Part shown: in pieces, positions 1 through 11,900 of the stretch | Layout: each line of letters starts with the position of its first letter | Position numbering within the stretch: the stretch's first letter is position 1 | Assembly: GCF_036507355.1 (NCBI RefSeq) | Contig: NZ_AP027877.1 | Strand: one strand, 5' to 3' | DNA from: Escherichia coli | Lineage (GTDB): Bacteria > Pseudomonadota > Gammaproteobacteria > Enterobacterales > Enterobacteriaceae | DNA length: 64,000 nt | Notes under the pieces: generated by a model | What the model was told of the DNA's origin: nothing | The model's input: the letters and a program-made list of their open reading frames with translations, nothing else | Databases searched by the model: none | Translations under genes and position numbers: made by a program

Positions 1-1
1 T

Positions 2-673
2 TTGTTTGAAGACCTCGATTTTACCCAGCCGGTTGACCCGAACTGGGTACAGGAAAAACTGGAACTCGGCGGCTTTGAATCGCAGTGGGAACCGGTGTTG
101 ACCGAGTGGATCACGGCTGTCCTCCAGGCACCTCTCAATGAAACGGGTGTTAGCCTGAGTCAGCTTTCCGACCGCGATAAACAGGTGGAGATGGAGTTTT
201 ACCTGCCGATTAGCGAACCGCTCATCGCCAGCCAGCTTGATGCACTAATTCGCCAGTTTGACCCGCTATCCGCTGGCTGCCCGCCGCTGGAGTTCATGCA
301 GGTACGCGGCATGTTAAAAGGCTTTATCGACCTGGTGTTCCGCCACGAAGGGCGTTATTACCTGCTCGACTATAAATCCAACTGGTTGGGTGAAGACAGT
401 TCGGCTTACACCCAACAGGCTATGGCAGCGGCAATGCAGGCACACCGCTATGATCTGCAATATCAGCTTTATACCCTTGCGCTGCACCGTTATCTGCGCC
501 ATCGCATTGCTGATTACGACTATGAGCGCCACTTTGGCGGCGTTATTTATCTGTTCCTGCGTGGTGTTGATAAAGAACATCCGCCACAAGGGATTTACAC
601 AACCCGCCCCAACGCCGGGTTGATTGACCTGATGGATGAGATGTTTGCCGGTATGATCCTGGAGGAGGCGTAA
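2..673 (+). CDS. recB: RecBCD exonuclease V subunit RecB, C-terminal nuclease-domain fragment (5' end upstream of window)
   Basis: Reading frame open from window edge; 223-aa C-terminal fragment recognised as RecB; stop TAA overlaps recD ATG (TAATG at 671-675). Confidence 0.9.
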   Translation: MFEDLDFTQPVDPNWVQEKLELGGFESQWEPVLTEWITAVLQAPLNETGVSLSQLSDRDKQVEMEFYLPISEPLIASQLDALIRQFDPLSAGCPPLEFMQVRGMLKGFIDLVFRHEGRYYLLDYKSNWLGEDSSAYTQQAMAAAMQAHRYDLQYQLYTLALHRYLRHRIADYDYERHFGGVIYLFLRGVDKEHPPQGIYTTRPNAGLIDLMDEMFAGMILEEA

Positions 674-2499
674 TGAAATTGCAAAAGCAATTACTGGAAG
701 CTGTGGAGCACAAACAGCTACGCCCGCTGGATGTGCAATTTGCCCTGACCGTGGCGGGAGAAGAACATCCTGCTGTCACCCTCGCGGCGGCACTGTTAAG
801 TCATGATGCCGGAGAGGGACACGTTTGTTTGCCGCTTTCACGACTGGAAAATAACGAGGAGTCGCATCCGCTGTTGGCGACCTGTGTCAGTGAAATCGGT
901 GAGCTACAAAATTGGGAAGAATGCTTGTTGGCTTCACAAGCGGTCAGCCGGGGAGATGAACCAACGCCGATGATCCTCTGTGGCGATCGTCTTTATTTGA
1001 ATCGCATGTGGTGTAACGAGCGGACGGTAGCGCGCTTCTTCAATGAGGTGAATCATGCCATCGAGGTGGATGAAGCTCTACTGGCGCAAACCCTGGACAA
1101 ACTTTTTCCAGTAAGCGATGAAATTAACTGGCAAAAAGTGGCGGCAGCAGTGGCGCTGACGCGGCGGATCTCGGTGATTTCCGGCGGCCCTGGCACCGGT
1201 AAAACGACCACCGTGGCGAAGTTGCTGGCAGCGTTAATTCAAATGGCCGACGGCGAACGCTGCCGTATCCGTCTGGCTGCACCAACGGGTAAAGCTGCCG
1301 CGCGCTTAACCGAATCTCTCGGCAAGACTTTGCGACAGTTACCGCTGACCGATGAACAAAAGAAACGCATTCCGGAAGATGCCAGCACTTTGCACCGATT
1401 GCTGGGCGCGCAGCCGGGTAGCCAGCGTTTACGTCATCATGCCGGTAACCCGCTGCATCTTGATGTGCTGGTGGTAGATGAAGCGTCAATGATCGATCTG
1501 CCTATGATGTCGAGACTGATCGACGCCTTGCCAGATCATGCGCGAGTGATCTTTCTCGGCGATCGTGATCAACTGGCCTCGGTTGAGGCTGGGGCTGTGC
1601 TGGGCGATATCTGCGCTTATGCCAACGCGGGCTTTACCGCCGAGCGTGCCAGGCAGCTAAGCCGCCTGACGGGGACTCACGTTCCGGCAGGAACTGGCAC
1701 AGAAGCGGCATCTTTGCGCGACAGTCTCTGCCTGCTGCAAAAAAGCTATCGTTTCGGCAGCGATTCTGGCATTGGTCAGTTAGCTGCGGCGATCAACCGT
1801 GGTGATAAAACGGCAGTGAAAACCGTTTTTCAGCAGGATTTTACTGATATTGAAAAACGGCTTTTACAGAGCGGCGAAGATTATATTGCGATGCTTGAGG
1901 AAGCTCTTGCGGGTTATGGACGTTATCTGGATCTGCTGCAAGCGCGTGCCGAGCCTGATTTAATCATTCAGGCGTTTAATGAGTACCAGCTTTTGTGCGC
2001 CCTGCGGGAAGGGCCGTTTGGCGTGGCTGGACTGAATGAGCGAATTGAGCAGTTTATGCAACAGAAGCGCAAAATTCATCGTCATCCGCACTCTCGTTGG
2101 TACGAAGGCCGGCCGGTGATGATTGCCCGTAATGACAGCGCGCTTGGGTTGTTTAATGGCGATATCGGTATCGCGCTGGATCGCGGGCAGGGGACGCGCG
2201 TCTGGTTTGCGATGCCGGACGGCAATATTAAGTCTGTGCAACCGAGTCGTTTGCCAGAGCACGAAACTACGTGGGCGATGACGGTACATAAATCGCAGGG
2301 ATCGGAGTTCGACCATGCGGCGTTGATTTTGCCGAGCCAACGCACGCCGGTAGTAACGCGAGAGCTGGTTTATACCGCGGTGACCCGCGCGCGTCGCCGT
2401 CTGTCGCTGTATGCCGATGAGCGTATATTAAGTGCGGCAATCGCCACTCGTACTGAGCGGCGCAGTGGTCTGGCGGCGTTGTTTAGTTCGCGGGAATAA
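673..2499 (+). CDS. recD: RecBCD exonuclease V subunit RecD (5'-3' helicase)
   Basis: 608-aa ORF with Walker A ([10 protein letters not shown]) and helicase motifs; translationally coupled to recB. Confidence 0.95.
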   Translation: MKLQKQLLEAVEHKQLRPLDVQFALTVAGEEHPAVTLAAALLSHDAGEGHVCLPLSRLENNEESHPLLATCVSEIGELQNWEECLLASQAVSRGDEPTPMILCGDRLYLNRMWCNERTVARFFNEVNHAIEVDEALLAQTLDKLFPVSDEINWQKVAAAVALTRRISVISGGPGTGKTTTVAKLLAALIQMADGERCRIRLAAPTGKAAARLTESLGKTLRQLPLTDEQKKRIPEDASTLHRLLGAQPGSQRLRHHAGNPLHLDVLVVDEASMIDLPMMSRLIDALPDHARVIFLGDRDQLASVEAGAVLGDICAYANAGFTAERARQLSRLTGTHVPAGTGTEAASLRDSLCLLQKSYRFGSDSGIGQLAAAINRGDKTAVKTVFQQDFTDIEKRLLQSGEDYIAMLEEALAGYGRYLDLLQARAEPDLIIQAFNEYQLLCALREGPFGVAGLNERIEQFMQQKRKIHRHPHSRWYEGRPVMIARNDSALGLFNGDIGIALDRGQGTRVWFAMPDGNIKSVQPSRLPEHETTWAMTVHKSQGSEFDHAALILPSQRTPVVTRELVYTAVTRARRRLSLYADERILSAAIATRTERRSGLAALFSSRE

Positions 2500-2507
2500 A
2501 CGTAATT

Positions 2508-2548
2508 GCCGGATGCGACGCACGAGTGTTACGCCTGCCGCATCCGGC
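2508..2548. repeat. REP-like palindromic unit between convergent recD and argA
   Basis: Inverted repeat GCCGGATGCG...CGCATCCGGC typical of enterobacterial REP elements. Confidence 0.6.
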
Positions 2549-2560
2549 GATTTTCATCGC

Positions 2561-3892
2561 TTACCCTAAATCCGCCATCAACACTTTGGATTTACGCTGG
2601 TAGTTGTACAACTGCTTTTTGCTCTCGGGCAGTAAATCAATATCCACTGGGGTAAATCCACGTTCCTGGAACCAGTGAATACTGCGCGTGGTCAGCACAA
2701 ACAATTTGCTTAAGCCGCTCTGCTTCGCCTGAGCGGCAATGCGTTCCAGCAGAACCTCGCCCCGTGATGAACTGCGGTAATCCGGGTGAACTGCCACACA
2801 GGCCATTTCCCCAATCTTCTCTTCCGGGAACGGATAGAGCGCGGCGCAGGCAATAGTCGTGTTATCGCGCTGAATAATGGTGAATTTGTCGATTTCCATC
2901 TCCAGCTGCTCGCGAGAACGGCGCACCAGAATACCTTGCTGCTCCAGCGGGCGAATCAACTCCAGAATACCGCCGATATCGTTGATTGTTGCGCGACGAA
3001 TCTGCTCGGCGCTTTCCATCACAATCTGCGTACCGATACCGTCGCGTGAGAACAACTCTTGCAACAGCGCGCCATCTTCCTGATAACTGATTAAATGACA
3101 GCGACGCACGCCGCTGCGGCAGGCTTTCACTGCGCCACGCAAAAAGCGCACCGTACCGGAGTTGTAATCGCCTTTCTCTTCCTGGGCTTCTACCCGCGCT
3201 TGCGCTTCGTTAGGGAAAAGTTCGGAGACAATATCACCGTCGTCATTAGTGACGCCTTGGGAAGAGCAAAAACCAATCATCTTTTCAGCTTTCAGTTTGA
3301 TGGCCAGTTGAGTGGCAATCTCTTCCGAGGTCAGGTTAAAGCTCTCGCCAGTGACTGAAACAGCGACCGGCCCCATTAGCACTATTGCACCGCTGTCCAG
3401 TTGACGATGGATCGCGTCTTCATCAATCCGCCGGATACGCCCGCTATGGCAGTAATCCACGCCGTCATCGACGCCCAGCGGCTGGGCAATAATAAAATTG
3501 CCACTGACGACGTTGATATGCGCGCCCTGTAGCGGCGTGTTATTGAGACTCATCGACAGGCGAGCAGTAATATCCAGTTGCAATGTTCCCGCAGCCTGCT
3601 TCACCAGTTCCAGTGTTTTGGCGTCGGTCACACGTATATTCTTGTGATACAGCGGTTCGTGGTGATGCGCAGCCAGATTTGCGTCGATCTGCGGACGTGC
3701 GCCATAGACCACCACCAGACGGATGCCGAGGCTGTGCAACAACCCGATATCATTAACGATACTGGAGAAATTCTCATGCTCAATGGCTTCACCGCCGAGC
3801 ATGATGACAAACGTTTTTCCCCGGTGGGTATTGATATAGGGAACCGAATGGCGGAATCCCTCGACCAGCTCGGTTTTACGTTCCTTTACCAC
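2561..3892 (-). CDS. argA: N-acetylglutamate synthase
   Basis: 443-aa product from GTG start (rc of 3890-3892) matching the ArgA N-terminus [12 protein letters not shown]; amino-acid kinase domain plus C-terminal GNAT domain; the six-frame ORF extends further upstream to 3958. Confidence 0.9.
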   Translation of the reverse strand: MVKERKTELVEGFRHSVPYINTHRGKTFVIMLGGEAIEHENFSSIVNDIGLLHSLGIRLVVVYGARPQIDANLAAHHHEPLYHKNIRVTDAKTLELVKQAAGTLQLDITARLSMSLNNTPLQGAHINVVSGNFIIAQPLGVDDGVDYCHSGRIRRIDEDAIHRQLDSGAIVLMGPVAVSVTGESFNLTSEEIATQLAIKLKAEKMIGFCSSQGVTNDDGDIVSELFPNEAQARVEAQEEKGDYNSGTVRFLRGAVKACRSGVRRCHLISYQEDGALLQELFSRDGIGTQIVMESAEQIRRATINDIGGILELIRPLEQQGILVRRSREQLEMEIDKFTIIQRDNTTIACAALYPFPEEKIGEMACVAVHPDYRSSSRGEVLLERIAAQAKQSGLSKLFVLTTRSIHWFQERGFTPVDIDLLPESKKQLYNYQRKSKVLMADLG

Positions 3893-4123
3893 GGCACACC
3901 TCTTTGCATGATTATTCGAAATTGTTGTATTTTTATTCTGTTTTTTCGCAGGGTGCAAGTGTAAATTTTATGCGAGAGCGACTTTTTTATCAGTAATGCC
4001 GTGAATATAAAAAGAATGTTTACCGTTTATTAGATGACAGATTATGCGTCTTTCGCTAAAGTTTCCGGTCAAATTAGTCGTTTACTTGTTACACAGCTTA
4101 GATTTCTTTTGCTCGGGAGAGGC

Positions 4124-5377
4124 ATGTCAGGATCCAACACTGCAATCAGCCGTCGTCGTTTACTGCAAGGCGCGGGTGCCATGTGGCTATTGAGCGTAAG
4201 TCAGGTCAGCCTGGCTGCGGTTAGCCAGGTTGTGGCGGTCCGCGTCTGGCCTGCGTCCAGCTACACCCGCGTGACGGTAGAATCAAATCGTCAGCTGAAA
4301 TATAAGCAGTTCGCGTTGAGTAACCCGGAACGCGTGGTGGTGGATATCGAAGATGTAAACCTGAACTCGGTACTCAAGGGGATGGCGGCACAAATTCGTG
4401 CAGACGACCCGTTCATCAAGTCGGCGCGCGTCGGGCAATTTGACCCGCAAACCGTACGGATGGTTTTTGAATTAAAGCAAAACGTAAAACCGCAGCTGTT
4501 TGCCCTTGCGCCGGTCGCCGGGTTTAAAGAGCGTCTGGTGATGGACCTTTATCCGGCCAATGCACAGGATATGCAGGACCCGCTGCTGGCGCTGCTGGAG
4601 GATTACAACAAAGGCGACCTCGAAAAGCAGGTGCCGCCAGCGCAAAGTGGTCCACAACCAGATAAAGCAGGGCGCGATCGTCCGATTGTCATTATGCTTG
4701 ACCCTGGCCACGGTGGCGAAGACTCCGGTGCGGTGGGGAAATACAAAACGCGCGAAAAAGATGTGGTATTGCAAATAGCTCGCCGTTTGCGCTCTCTGAT
4801 CGAGAAAGAGGGCAATATGAAGGTGTACATGACGCGCAATGAAGACATCTTCATTCCGTTGCAAGTGCGCGTAGCAAAAGCCCAGAAACAGCGTGCTGAC
4901 CTGTTTGTCTCTATCCATGCCGACGCCTTTACCAGTCGTCAGCCGAGCGGTTCCTCTGTGTTTGCGCTTTCAACCAAAGGTGCAACCAGTACTGCGGCAA
5001 AATATCTGGCACAAACCCAGAACGCCTCGGACTTGATTGGTGGCGTGAGCAAAAGCGGTGACCGCTATGTCTACCACACCATGTTCGATATGGTGCAGTC
5101 GCTGACCATTGCCGACAGCCTGAAGTTTGGTAAAGCGGTACTGAATAAGCTCGGTAAAATCAACAAGCTGCATAAAAATCAAGTTGAACAGGCCGGGTTT
5201 GCCGTACTAAAGGCACCAGATATTCCCTCCATTCTGGTCGAAACGGCGTTTATCAGTAACGTTGAGGAAGAGCGTAAACTGAAAACGGCGACTTTCCAGC
5301 AGGAAGTTGCGGAGTCTATTCTTGCGGGAATTAAAGCGTATTTTGCCGATGGGGCGACGCTGGCGAGAAGAGGATGA
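4124..5377 (+). CDS. amiC: N-acetylmuramoyl-L-alanine amidase AmiC (Tat-exported)
   Basis: 417-aa ORF from ATG 4124 preceded by GGGAGAGG; twin-arginine signal [11 protein letters not shown]; amidase_3 domain. Confidence 0.9.
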   Translation: MSGSNTAISRRRLLQGAGAMWLLSVSQVSLAAVSQVVAVRVWPASSYTRVTVESNRQLKYKQFALSNPERVVVDIEDVNLNSVLKGMAAQIRADDPFIKSARVGQFDPQTVRMVFELKQNVKPQLFALAPVAGFKERLVMDLYPANAQDMQDPLLALLEDYNKGDLEKQVPPAQSGPQPDKAGRDRPIVIMLDPGHGGEDSGAVGKYKTREKDVVLQIARRLRSLIEKEGNMKVYMTRNEDIFIPLQVRVAKAQKQRADLFVSIHADAFTSRQPSGSSVFALSTKGATSTAAKYLAQTQNASDLIGGVSKSGDRYVYHTMFDMVQSLTIADSLKFGKAVLNKLGKINKLHKNQVEQAGFAVLKAPDIPSILVETAFISNVEEERKLKTATFQQEVAESILAGIKAYFADGATLARRG

Positions 5378-5378
5378 T

Positions 5379-5407
5379 AAAAAGGCGCTGAATGGCGCTT
5401 TTTTTAT
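5379..5407. terminator. Hairpin flanked by A- and T-runs downstream of amiC (potentially bidirectional)
   Basis: AAAAAGGCGC-tgaatg-GCGCTTTTTTT stem-loop. Confidence 0.5.
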
Positions 5408-5420
5408 GGGAGACCAGAAA

Positions 5421-5447
5421 CAAAAAAACACCCGTTAGGGTGTTCAA
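5421..5447 (-). terminator. Rho-independent terminator of the tRNA-fMet operon
   Basis: On the minus strand a CACCCTAACGGGTG hairpin is followed by TTTTTTT immediately 3' of the last tRNA. Confidence 0.55.
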
Positions 5448-5451
5448 TAAT

Positions 5452-5528
<77 letters not shown>

Positions 5529-5562
5529 TCACCGTACTGCTTTTACTTCATCAAATTTTGAT

Positions 5563-5639
<77 letters not shown>

Positions 5640-5672
5640 TCACCGTACTGCTTTACTTCATCAAATTTTAAT

Positions 5673-5749
<77 letters not shown>

Positions 5750-5800
5750 TCCGTGGATGCGCACTATACTCCGCTCGCGTTTTCATGCAACCTTTTTTTT
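5750..5800 (-). promoter_or_regulatory. Putative tRNA operon promoter with GC-rich discriminator
   Basis: Minus-strand TATAGT (rc of 5763-5768) followed by GC-rich GCGCATCCACGG just upstream of the first tRNA 5' end; position inferred, not mapped. Confidence 0.3.
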
Positions 5801-5957
5801 ACCCCGATCACGGATCTGGCATGATTTTGAACAAAAACAAATCACTAAAGCCTATTTTTTGTGCAAAATTTGCGTCAGGGAGAGGCTGCTCATTTCATTA
5901 AACGCGGTGGTTTGTTATCTTCGTTGCGCCTTATTTTTTAACCTGAAGAAGAGAACA

Positions 5958-7055
5958 ATGAAAGGACGTTGGGTAAAGTACCTTCTTATGGGCACGGTTG
6001 TGGCAATGCTTGCCGCCTGCTCTTCCAAACCAACCGATCGCGGACAGCAATATAAAGACGGGAAATTTACCCAGCCTTTCTCTCTGGTGAACCAGCCAGA
6101 TGCCGTTGGCGCGCCGATTAACGCCGGTGATTTTGCCGAGCAAATTAACCATATCCGTAATTCGTCACCGCGTCTGTATGGTAACCAGAGTAATGTTTAT
6201 AACGCGGTACAAGAGTGGCTGCGCGCAGGCGGTGATACCCGCAATATGCGTCAGTTCGGCATTGATGCCTGGCAGATGGAAGGTGCCGACAACTATGGTA
6301 ACGTGCAGTTTACCGGTTATTACACACCAGTAATTCAGGCGCGCCATACCCGCCAGGGCGAGTTTCAGTATCCGATTTACCGTATGCCGCCAAAACGTGG
6401 TCGTCTGCCGTCTCGTGCGGAGATCTACGCGGGGGCATTGAGTGATAAATATATTCTCGCTTACAGTAACTCCCTGATGGATAACTTCATTATGGATGTG
6501 CAGGGTAGTGGGTATATCGACTTTGGTGATGGCAGTCCGCTTAACTTTTTCAGCTATGCAGGGAAAAACGGTCATGCCTATCGCAGCATTGGTAAGGTGC
6601 TGATCGACCGTGGCGAAGTGAAAAAAGAAGATATGTCGATGCAGGCGATTCGTCACTGGGGCGAAACACACAGTGAAGCCGAGGTTCGCGAGCTGCTGGA
6701 ACAGAACCCGTCTTTCGTTTTCTTTAAACCGCAATCTTTTGCACCGGTGAAAGGGGCAAGTGCGGTGCCGCTGGTTGGCCGTGCTTCTGTTGCCTCCGAT
6801 CGTTCAATTATTCCGCCAGGTACAACCTTGCTGGCAGAAGTGCCGCTGCTGGATAATAACGGCAAATTTAACGGTCAGTACGAATTGCGTCTGATGGTGG
6901 CGCTGGATGTCGGTGGCGCAATCAAAGGCCAACACTTCGATATCTATCAAGGGATCGGGCCGGAAGCCGGACACCGTGCAGGTTGGTACAACCACTATGG
7001 ACGGGTTTGGGTGCTGAAAACGGCTCCGGGCGCAGGTAACGTCTTTAGCGGCTGA
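5958..7055 (+). CDS. mltA: Membrane-bound lytic murein transglycosylase A (lipoprotein)
   Basis: 365-aa product from ATG 5958; lipoprotein signal with lipobox LAAC; MltA-family sequence. The six-frame ORF (from 5676) runs back into the tRNA repeats and is not used. Confidence 0.9.
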   Translation: MKGRWVKYLLMGTVVAMLAACSSKPTDRGQQYKDGKFTQPFSLVNQPDAVGAPINAGDFAEQINHIRNSSPRLYGNQSNVYNAVQEWLRAGGDTRNMRQFGIDAWQMEGADNYGNVQFTGYYTPVIQARHTRQGEFQYPIYRMPPKRGRLPSRAEIYAGALSDKYILAYSNSLMDNFIMDVQGSGYIDFGDGSPLNFFSYAGKNGHAYRSIGKVLIDRGEVKKEDMSMQAIRHWGETHSEAEVRELLEQNPSFVFFKPQSFAPVKGASAVPLVGRASVASDRSIIPPGTTLLAEVPLLDNNGKFNGQYELRLMVALDVGGAIKGQHFDIYQGIGPEAGHRAGWYNHYGRVWVLKTAPGAGNVFSG

Positions 7056-7090
7056 TGTGATATTCTGTATGCCGTTTTTACGGATATTAC

Positions 7091-7270
7091 AGGGTGAGGG
7101 ATAACCTCACATCCTGATTATTGACTAAGTGCGCGTTGTTCATGCCGGATGCGGCGTGAACGCCTTATCCAGCCTACAAATCATGCAAATCCAAAATATT
7201 GCAGGAGTTATGTAGGCCTGATAAGCGTAGCGCATCAGGCATTTATGCGTTTAGGGTGAGGGATAACCTC
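7091..7270. repeat. BIME-like cluster: two REP palindromes bracketed by an 18-bp direct repeat
   Basis: AGGGTGAGGGATAACCTC at 7091-7108 and 7253-7270; REP-like units GCCGGATGCGGCGTGAACGCCTTATCCAGCCTAC and GTAGGCCTGATAAGCGTAGCGCATCAGGC between them. Confidence 0.6.
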
Positions 7271-7293
7271 GCCCTTTTTAATTCTGAGGTGCT

Positions 7294-8100
7294 ATGTCTG
7301 TGGTAATTAGTGATGTATGGCGTCAGCGTTTTGGTGGCACAGCGCGTCTGTATGGTGAAAAAGCGTTGCAACTGTTTGCTGACGCGCATATTTGTGTGGT
7401 TGGTATCGGTGGTGTCGGTTCCTGGGCGGCGGAAGCGCTGGCGCGCACGGGGATTGGCGCAATCACGCTTATCGATATGGATGATGTGTGCGTCACCAAT
7501 ACCAATCGGCAAATTCATGCCCTGCGCGATAACGTTGGGCTGGCAAAAGCGGAAGTCATGGCGGAACGTATTCGCCAGATTAACCCGGAGTGCCGTGTAA
7601 CGGTGGTGGATGATTTCGTGACGCCGGATAACGTAGCGCAATATATGAGTGCCGGTTATTCGTACGTGATTGATGCCATTGATAGTGTACGGCCCAAAGC
7701 GGCGCTGATTGCTTATTGTCGGCGCAATAAAATTCCGCTGGTCACGACCGGTGGCGCGGGTGGGCAGATTGACCCGACGCAGATTCAGGTTACCGATCTG
7801 GCGAAAACGATTCAGGACCCGCTGGCGGCGAAGTTGCGTGAGCGCCTGAAAAGCGATTTTGGCGTAGTGAAAAACAGTAAAGGTAAGCTCGGCGTGGATT
7901 GCGTGTTCTCTACCGAAGCATTGGTGTACCCGCAGTCAGACGGCACGGTGTGTGCGATGAAAGCCACGGCGGAAGGACCAAAGCGGATGGATTGTGCATC
8001 TGGATTTGGCGCGGCAACGATGGTGACCGCCACCTTTGGTTTTGTTGCGGTTTCTCATGCGCTGAAGAATATGATGGCGAAAGCGGCGCGACAGGGGTAA
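7294..8100 (+). CDS. tcdA: tRNA threonylcarbamoyladenosine dehydratase (E1-like, ThiF/MoeB fold)
   Basis: 268-aa ORF with nucleotide-binding GIGGVGSWAAEALARTG motif; synteny with csdAE. Confidence 0.9.
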   Translation: MSVVISDVWRQRFGGTARLYGEKALQLFADAHICVVGIGGVGSWAAEALARTGIGAITLIDMDDVCVTNTNRQIHALRDNVGLAKAEVMAERIRQINPECRVTVVDDFVTPDNVAQYMSAGYSYVIDAIDSVRPKAALIAYCRRNKIPLVTTGGAGGQIDPTQIQVTDLAKTIQDPLAAKLRERLKSDFGVVKNSKGKLGVDCVFSTEALVYPQSDGTVCAMKATAEGPKRMDCASGFGAATMVTATFGFVAVSHALKNMMAKAARQG

Positions 8101-8106
8101 ACAATC

Positions 8107-8140
8107 AGGTCGGATGCGACGCAAACGTCTTATCCGACCC
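8107..8140. repeat. REP-like palindrome between convergent tcdA and csdE
   Basis: GGTCGGATGCGACGCAAACGTCTTATCCGACC. Confidence 0.5.
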
Positions 8141-8150
8141 GGTTCTGTGC

Positions 8151-8594
8151 TTAAACCTGCTTCGTCGCAGCGATAATCGCCTCGCTTAACGCATTTAACC
8201 CCTGGCTGCGTGAGGCGCTAAGTTGCGCACGCAATCCCAGCTCATCAAACAATGCCAGCGGCGACTGTGCCTGCAATTCGGCGGCGGTTTTCCCCTCAAC
8301 GGCAGTCAACAGCACCGCCAGCAGGCCGCGCACTATACGTCCTTCGCTGTCGCCAAAGAAGTGCATTTTACCGTTTTCAGCCACGGTATATCCCAGCCAG
8401 ACGCGGTTTTCGCATCCGGCTATCTCTTTAGCCTGCGCTTTTAACTCGTCTGGCAAAGCCGGAAGCTGTTTCCCCAGCATGATCAACTGGCGATATTTAT
8501 CTTCCCATTGCGTCAACGGTGCGAAGGTATTGCGTAACGTTTCTGCGGTTACGGTTGTGCCGAACGGATGTCCGGCGAATTGCGGGTTTGTCAT
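8151..8594 (-). CDS. csdE: Sulfur acceptor protein CsdE (SufE-like)
   Basis: 147-aa SufE-family ORF; start overlaps csdA stop (ATGA). Confidence 0.9.
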
Positions 8595-9799
8595 TAATCC
8601 ACCAATAATTCCAGCGCGCGGTCAACGGCATTCACCAGCGCATCCACATCACTCTTTGTATTATATGGCGCAAAAGAGGCGCGCAGTGTGCCGGTTACGC
8701 CTAATTCTGCCAGTAGCGGCTGAGCGCAATGTTGCCCGGCCCGCAAGGCAATACCGTACTCCGCCAGCAGCGTCACCATATCGCTGTGATGAACGCCAGC
8801 AAAATCAAAGGCCAGCAGGCTGGAATCCTGACAGCGGAATGAACGGAAGCCTGGACGTTTCGCCAGCGCATCTTCCGCCAGTGTTGCTAAACTACGGCTC
8901 CAGCTTTCGGCCTGGTTGATATCGTAATCTGCCAGCCATTCCAGCGCCGCGCTTAATCCTATGACACCAGCCACATTTGGCGTTCCTGCTTCCAGTTTCC
9001 ACGGCGCAGATTGAGTCGTGAAGCCGTCAAAACTCACTTCGTGAATCATTTTGCCGCCACCCAGCCAGGGCGACATCGCTTCCAGCAGTTCTGATTTGCC
9101 ATACAGCACGCCGATACCCGTCGGGCCATACAGTTTGTGACCAGAGAAAGCATAGAAATCGATATCCAGTTGCTGAACATCTGCGGGGAAATGCACCGCC
9201 CCCTGAGCACCATCAACCATCACCACCATCCCGGCTGAATGAGCAAAGGTAATCGCTCGCGCCAGATCCGGGCAACCGCCAGTAACGTTCGACATCTGAC
9301 CCAACGCCAGAATCCGACTACGGGGAGTAATCAGTTCTGGCAACAAATCGACATCCGGCAGTCGCTGCGCATTAAGCGGCAATTTCACCACTTTGGCTCC
9401 AGTTTGTTGGGCGACCATCAGCCAGGGGACGAGGTTGGCGTGGTGTTCTGCCACGCTGACAATAATCTCATCGCCCGGTTGCAGACGCGGACGCGCATAG
9501 CATTGTGCCACCATGTTGATGGATTCAGTGGTGCCGCGCGTCCAGACGATAGTTTTATCATCCGGTGCATTCAGTAATTGCGCCACTTTCTCTCGTGCAG
9601 CTTCATAACGCGCGGTCAGGCGTTGGGCTTCGGCAAACTGGCTGCGATGGACGTTTCCGGCGCTCAGACTGTAAAACTGTCGGGTGGCTTCAACCACGGC
9701 TTCAGGTTTAAGCGCGGTCGCGGCGCTGTCGAGATAGACGCCCGCATCCTGTAGTGCGGGAAACTGGGCGCGAAACTGCGCGGGATTAAAAACGTTCAT
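8594..9799 (-). CDS. csdA: Cysteine desulfurase / cysteine sulfinate desulfinase CsdA
   Basis: 401-aa class V aminotransferase from ATG (rc 9797-9799) with GGAG RBS; PLP-lysine region [10 protein letters not shown]. Confidence 0.9.
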
Positions 9800-9987
9800 G
9801 GTACTCCTCGGCTTGATGCACCGATCGTGACGCAAAATTCACTTTGATACAAGGAGAGTGCTAACCATCAGAATTATCTGGATATCCTGGCGAAGCCGCG
9901 TCAGTAACATATGCTGAATAGTGTTAGGCGTTAATTTTAGCCTGTTAATCAATACTATTAAGATTTATTAATCGCTTTAAGGAGAAG

Positions 9988-10218
9988 ATGATGAAAAAGA
10001 CTGCCGCAATTATTTCTGCCTGTATGCTGACTTTTGCCCTGAGCGCCTGTTCCGGTTCGAACTATGTGATGCACACCAATGACGGACGTACCATCGTCTC
10101 TGACGGCAAACCACAGACTGATAACGATACCGGTATGATTTCGTATAAAGACGCTAATGGCAACAAACAGCAGATCAACCGTACCGACGTGAAAGAGATG
10201 GTCGAACTGGATCAGTAA
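9988..10218 (+). CDS. ygdI: DUF903 lipoprotein YgdI
   Basis: 75-76 aa ORF with lipoprotein signal (LSACSG); second in-frame ATG at 9991 is an alternative start. Confidence 0.8.
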   Translation: MMKKTAAIISACMLTFALSACSGSNYVMHTNDGRTIVSDGKPQTDNDTGMISYKDANGNKQQINRTDVKEMVELDQ

Positions 10219-10234
10219 TTCGCGATCGCAAGGT

Positions 10235-10440
10235 AAAAAAAAGCACCGCAATTAGGCGGTGCTACATTAATCACTATGGACAGACAGGGTAAATGTACAG
10301 GAAGTGAAAAAAGGTAGCTTTGCTACCATGGTCTGAATCGCAGACCAATTGCAAACACAACAACACAACATCACAACCGTAAGCCAAAAGTTCACCAGAA
10401 CACGCATTCCGATAAAACTTTTCGTTCCGGCTCAGGAAGT
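10235..10440 (-). ncRNA. gcvB: GcvB small regulatory RNA
   Basis: Minus-strand 206 nt reading ACUUCCUGAGCCGGAACGAAAAGUUUUAUCGG...GCACCGCCUAAUUGCGGUGCUUUUUUUU, matching GcvB as I recall it; G/U-rich target-binding region; intrinsic terminator; divergent from gcvA. Confidence 0.9.
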
Positions 10441-10568
10441 GCCGCCACTATAGGTATTTGCTGGTAGAAGCTCAACGGACAATTTATAATGGCTCAGATT
10501 AAAAAAACTAATAGGTTACACAGTGTGATCTAATTGTTAAATTCATTTAACATCAAAGTTTAAAAGCC

Positions 10569-11486
10569 ATGTCTAAACGATTACCACCGCTAAATGCCTT
10601 ACGAGTTTTTGATGCCGCAGCACGCCATTTAAGTTTCACTCGCGCAGCAGAAGAGCTTTTTGTGACCCAGGCCGCAGTAAGTCATCAAATCAAGTCTCTT
10701 GAGGATTTTTTGGGGCTAAAACTGTTCCGCCGCCGTAATCGTTCACTCCTGCTGACCGAGGAAGGGCAAAGCTATTTCCTCGATATCAAAGAGATATTTT
10801 CGCAATTAACCGAAGCGACGCGTAAACTCCAGGCCCGTAGCGCCAAGGGGGCGTTGACGGTCAGTTTACTCCCTAGTTTCGCCATTCATTGGTTGGTTCC
10901 GCGACTTTCCAGCTTTAATTCAGCTTATCCGGGAATTGACGTTCGAATCCAGGCGGTTGATCGTCAGGAAGATAAGCTGGCGGATGATGTTGATGTGGCG
11001 ATATTTTATGGTCGGGGCAACTGGCCGGGGCTACGGGTGGAAAAACTGTACGCCGAATATTTATTGCCGGTGTGTTCGCCGCTACTGCTGACTGGCGAAA
11101 AACCCTTGAAGACCCCGGAAGATCTGGCTAAACATACGCTATTACATGATGCGTCACGCCGTGACTGGCAGACATATACCCGACAGTTGGGGTTAAATCA
11201 TATCAACGTTCAGCAAGGGCCAATTTTTAGCCATAGCGCCATGGTGCTGCAAGCGGCTATCCACGGGCAGGGAGTGGCGCTGGCAAATAACGTGATGGCG
11301 CAATCTGAAATTGAAGCCGGACGTCTTGTTTGCCCGTTTAATGATGTTCTGGTCAGTAAAAACGCTTTTTATCTGGTTTGTCATGACAGCCAGGCAGAAC
11401 TGGGTAAAATAGCCGCCTTTCGCCAATGGATCCTGGCGAAAGCCGCTGCTGAACAAGAAAAATTCCGCTTTCGTTATGAACAATAA
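10569..11486 (+). CDS. gcvA: LysR-family glycine cleavage system regulator GcvA
   Basis: 305-aa ORF with N-terminal LysR HTH (LSFTRAAEELFVTQAAVSHQIKSLE). Confidence 0.9.
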   Translation: MSKRLPPLNALRVFDAAARHLSFTRAAEELFVTQAAVSHQIKSLEDFLGLKLFRRRNRSLLLTEEGQSYFLDIKEIFSQLTEATRKLQARSAKGALTVSLLPSFAIHWLVPRLSSFNSAYPGIDVRIQAVDRQEDKLADDVDVAIFYGRGNWPGLRVEKLYAEYLLPVCSPLLLTGEKPLKTPEDLAKHTLLHDASRRDWQTYTRQLGLNHINVQQGPIFSHSAMVLQAAIHGQGVALANNVMAQSEIEAGRLVCPFNDVLVSKNAFYLVCHDSQAELGKIAAFRQWILAKAAAEQEKFRFRYEQ

Positions 11487-11504
11487 TTTACGTAGGGTAC
11501 GACC

Positions 11505-11900
11505 ATGACCAGCCGTTTTATGCTGATTTTCGCCGCCATTAGCGGCTTCATTTTTGTGGCACTGGGCGCTTTTGGCGCGCATGTGTTAAGTAAAACCATG
11601 GGGGCCGTTGAGATGGGCTGGATCCAGACCGGTCTCGAATATCAGGCGTTTCATACGCTGGCGATCTTAGGTCTGGCGGTGGCAATGCAGCGTCGCATCA
11701 GTATCTGGTTTTACTGGAGTAGCGTTTTCCTCGCGTTAGGCACGGTGCTGTTCAGCGGCAGCCTTTATTGCCTGGCACTGTCCCATCTGCGTTTGTGGGC
11801 GTTTGTCACTCCGGTTGGCGGCGTGAGCTTCCTTGCGGGCTGGGCGTTAATGTTAGTTGGTGCTATCCGTTTAAAGCGCAAGGGCGTAAGTCATGAATAA
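11505..11900 (+). CDS. ygdD: DUF423 inner membrane protein YgdD
   Basis: 131-aa hydrophobic ORF; overlaps rlmM start by 8 nt. Confidence 0.8.
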
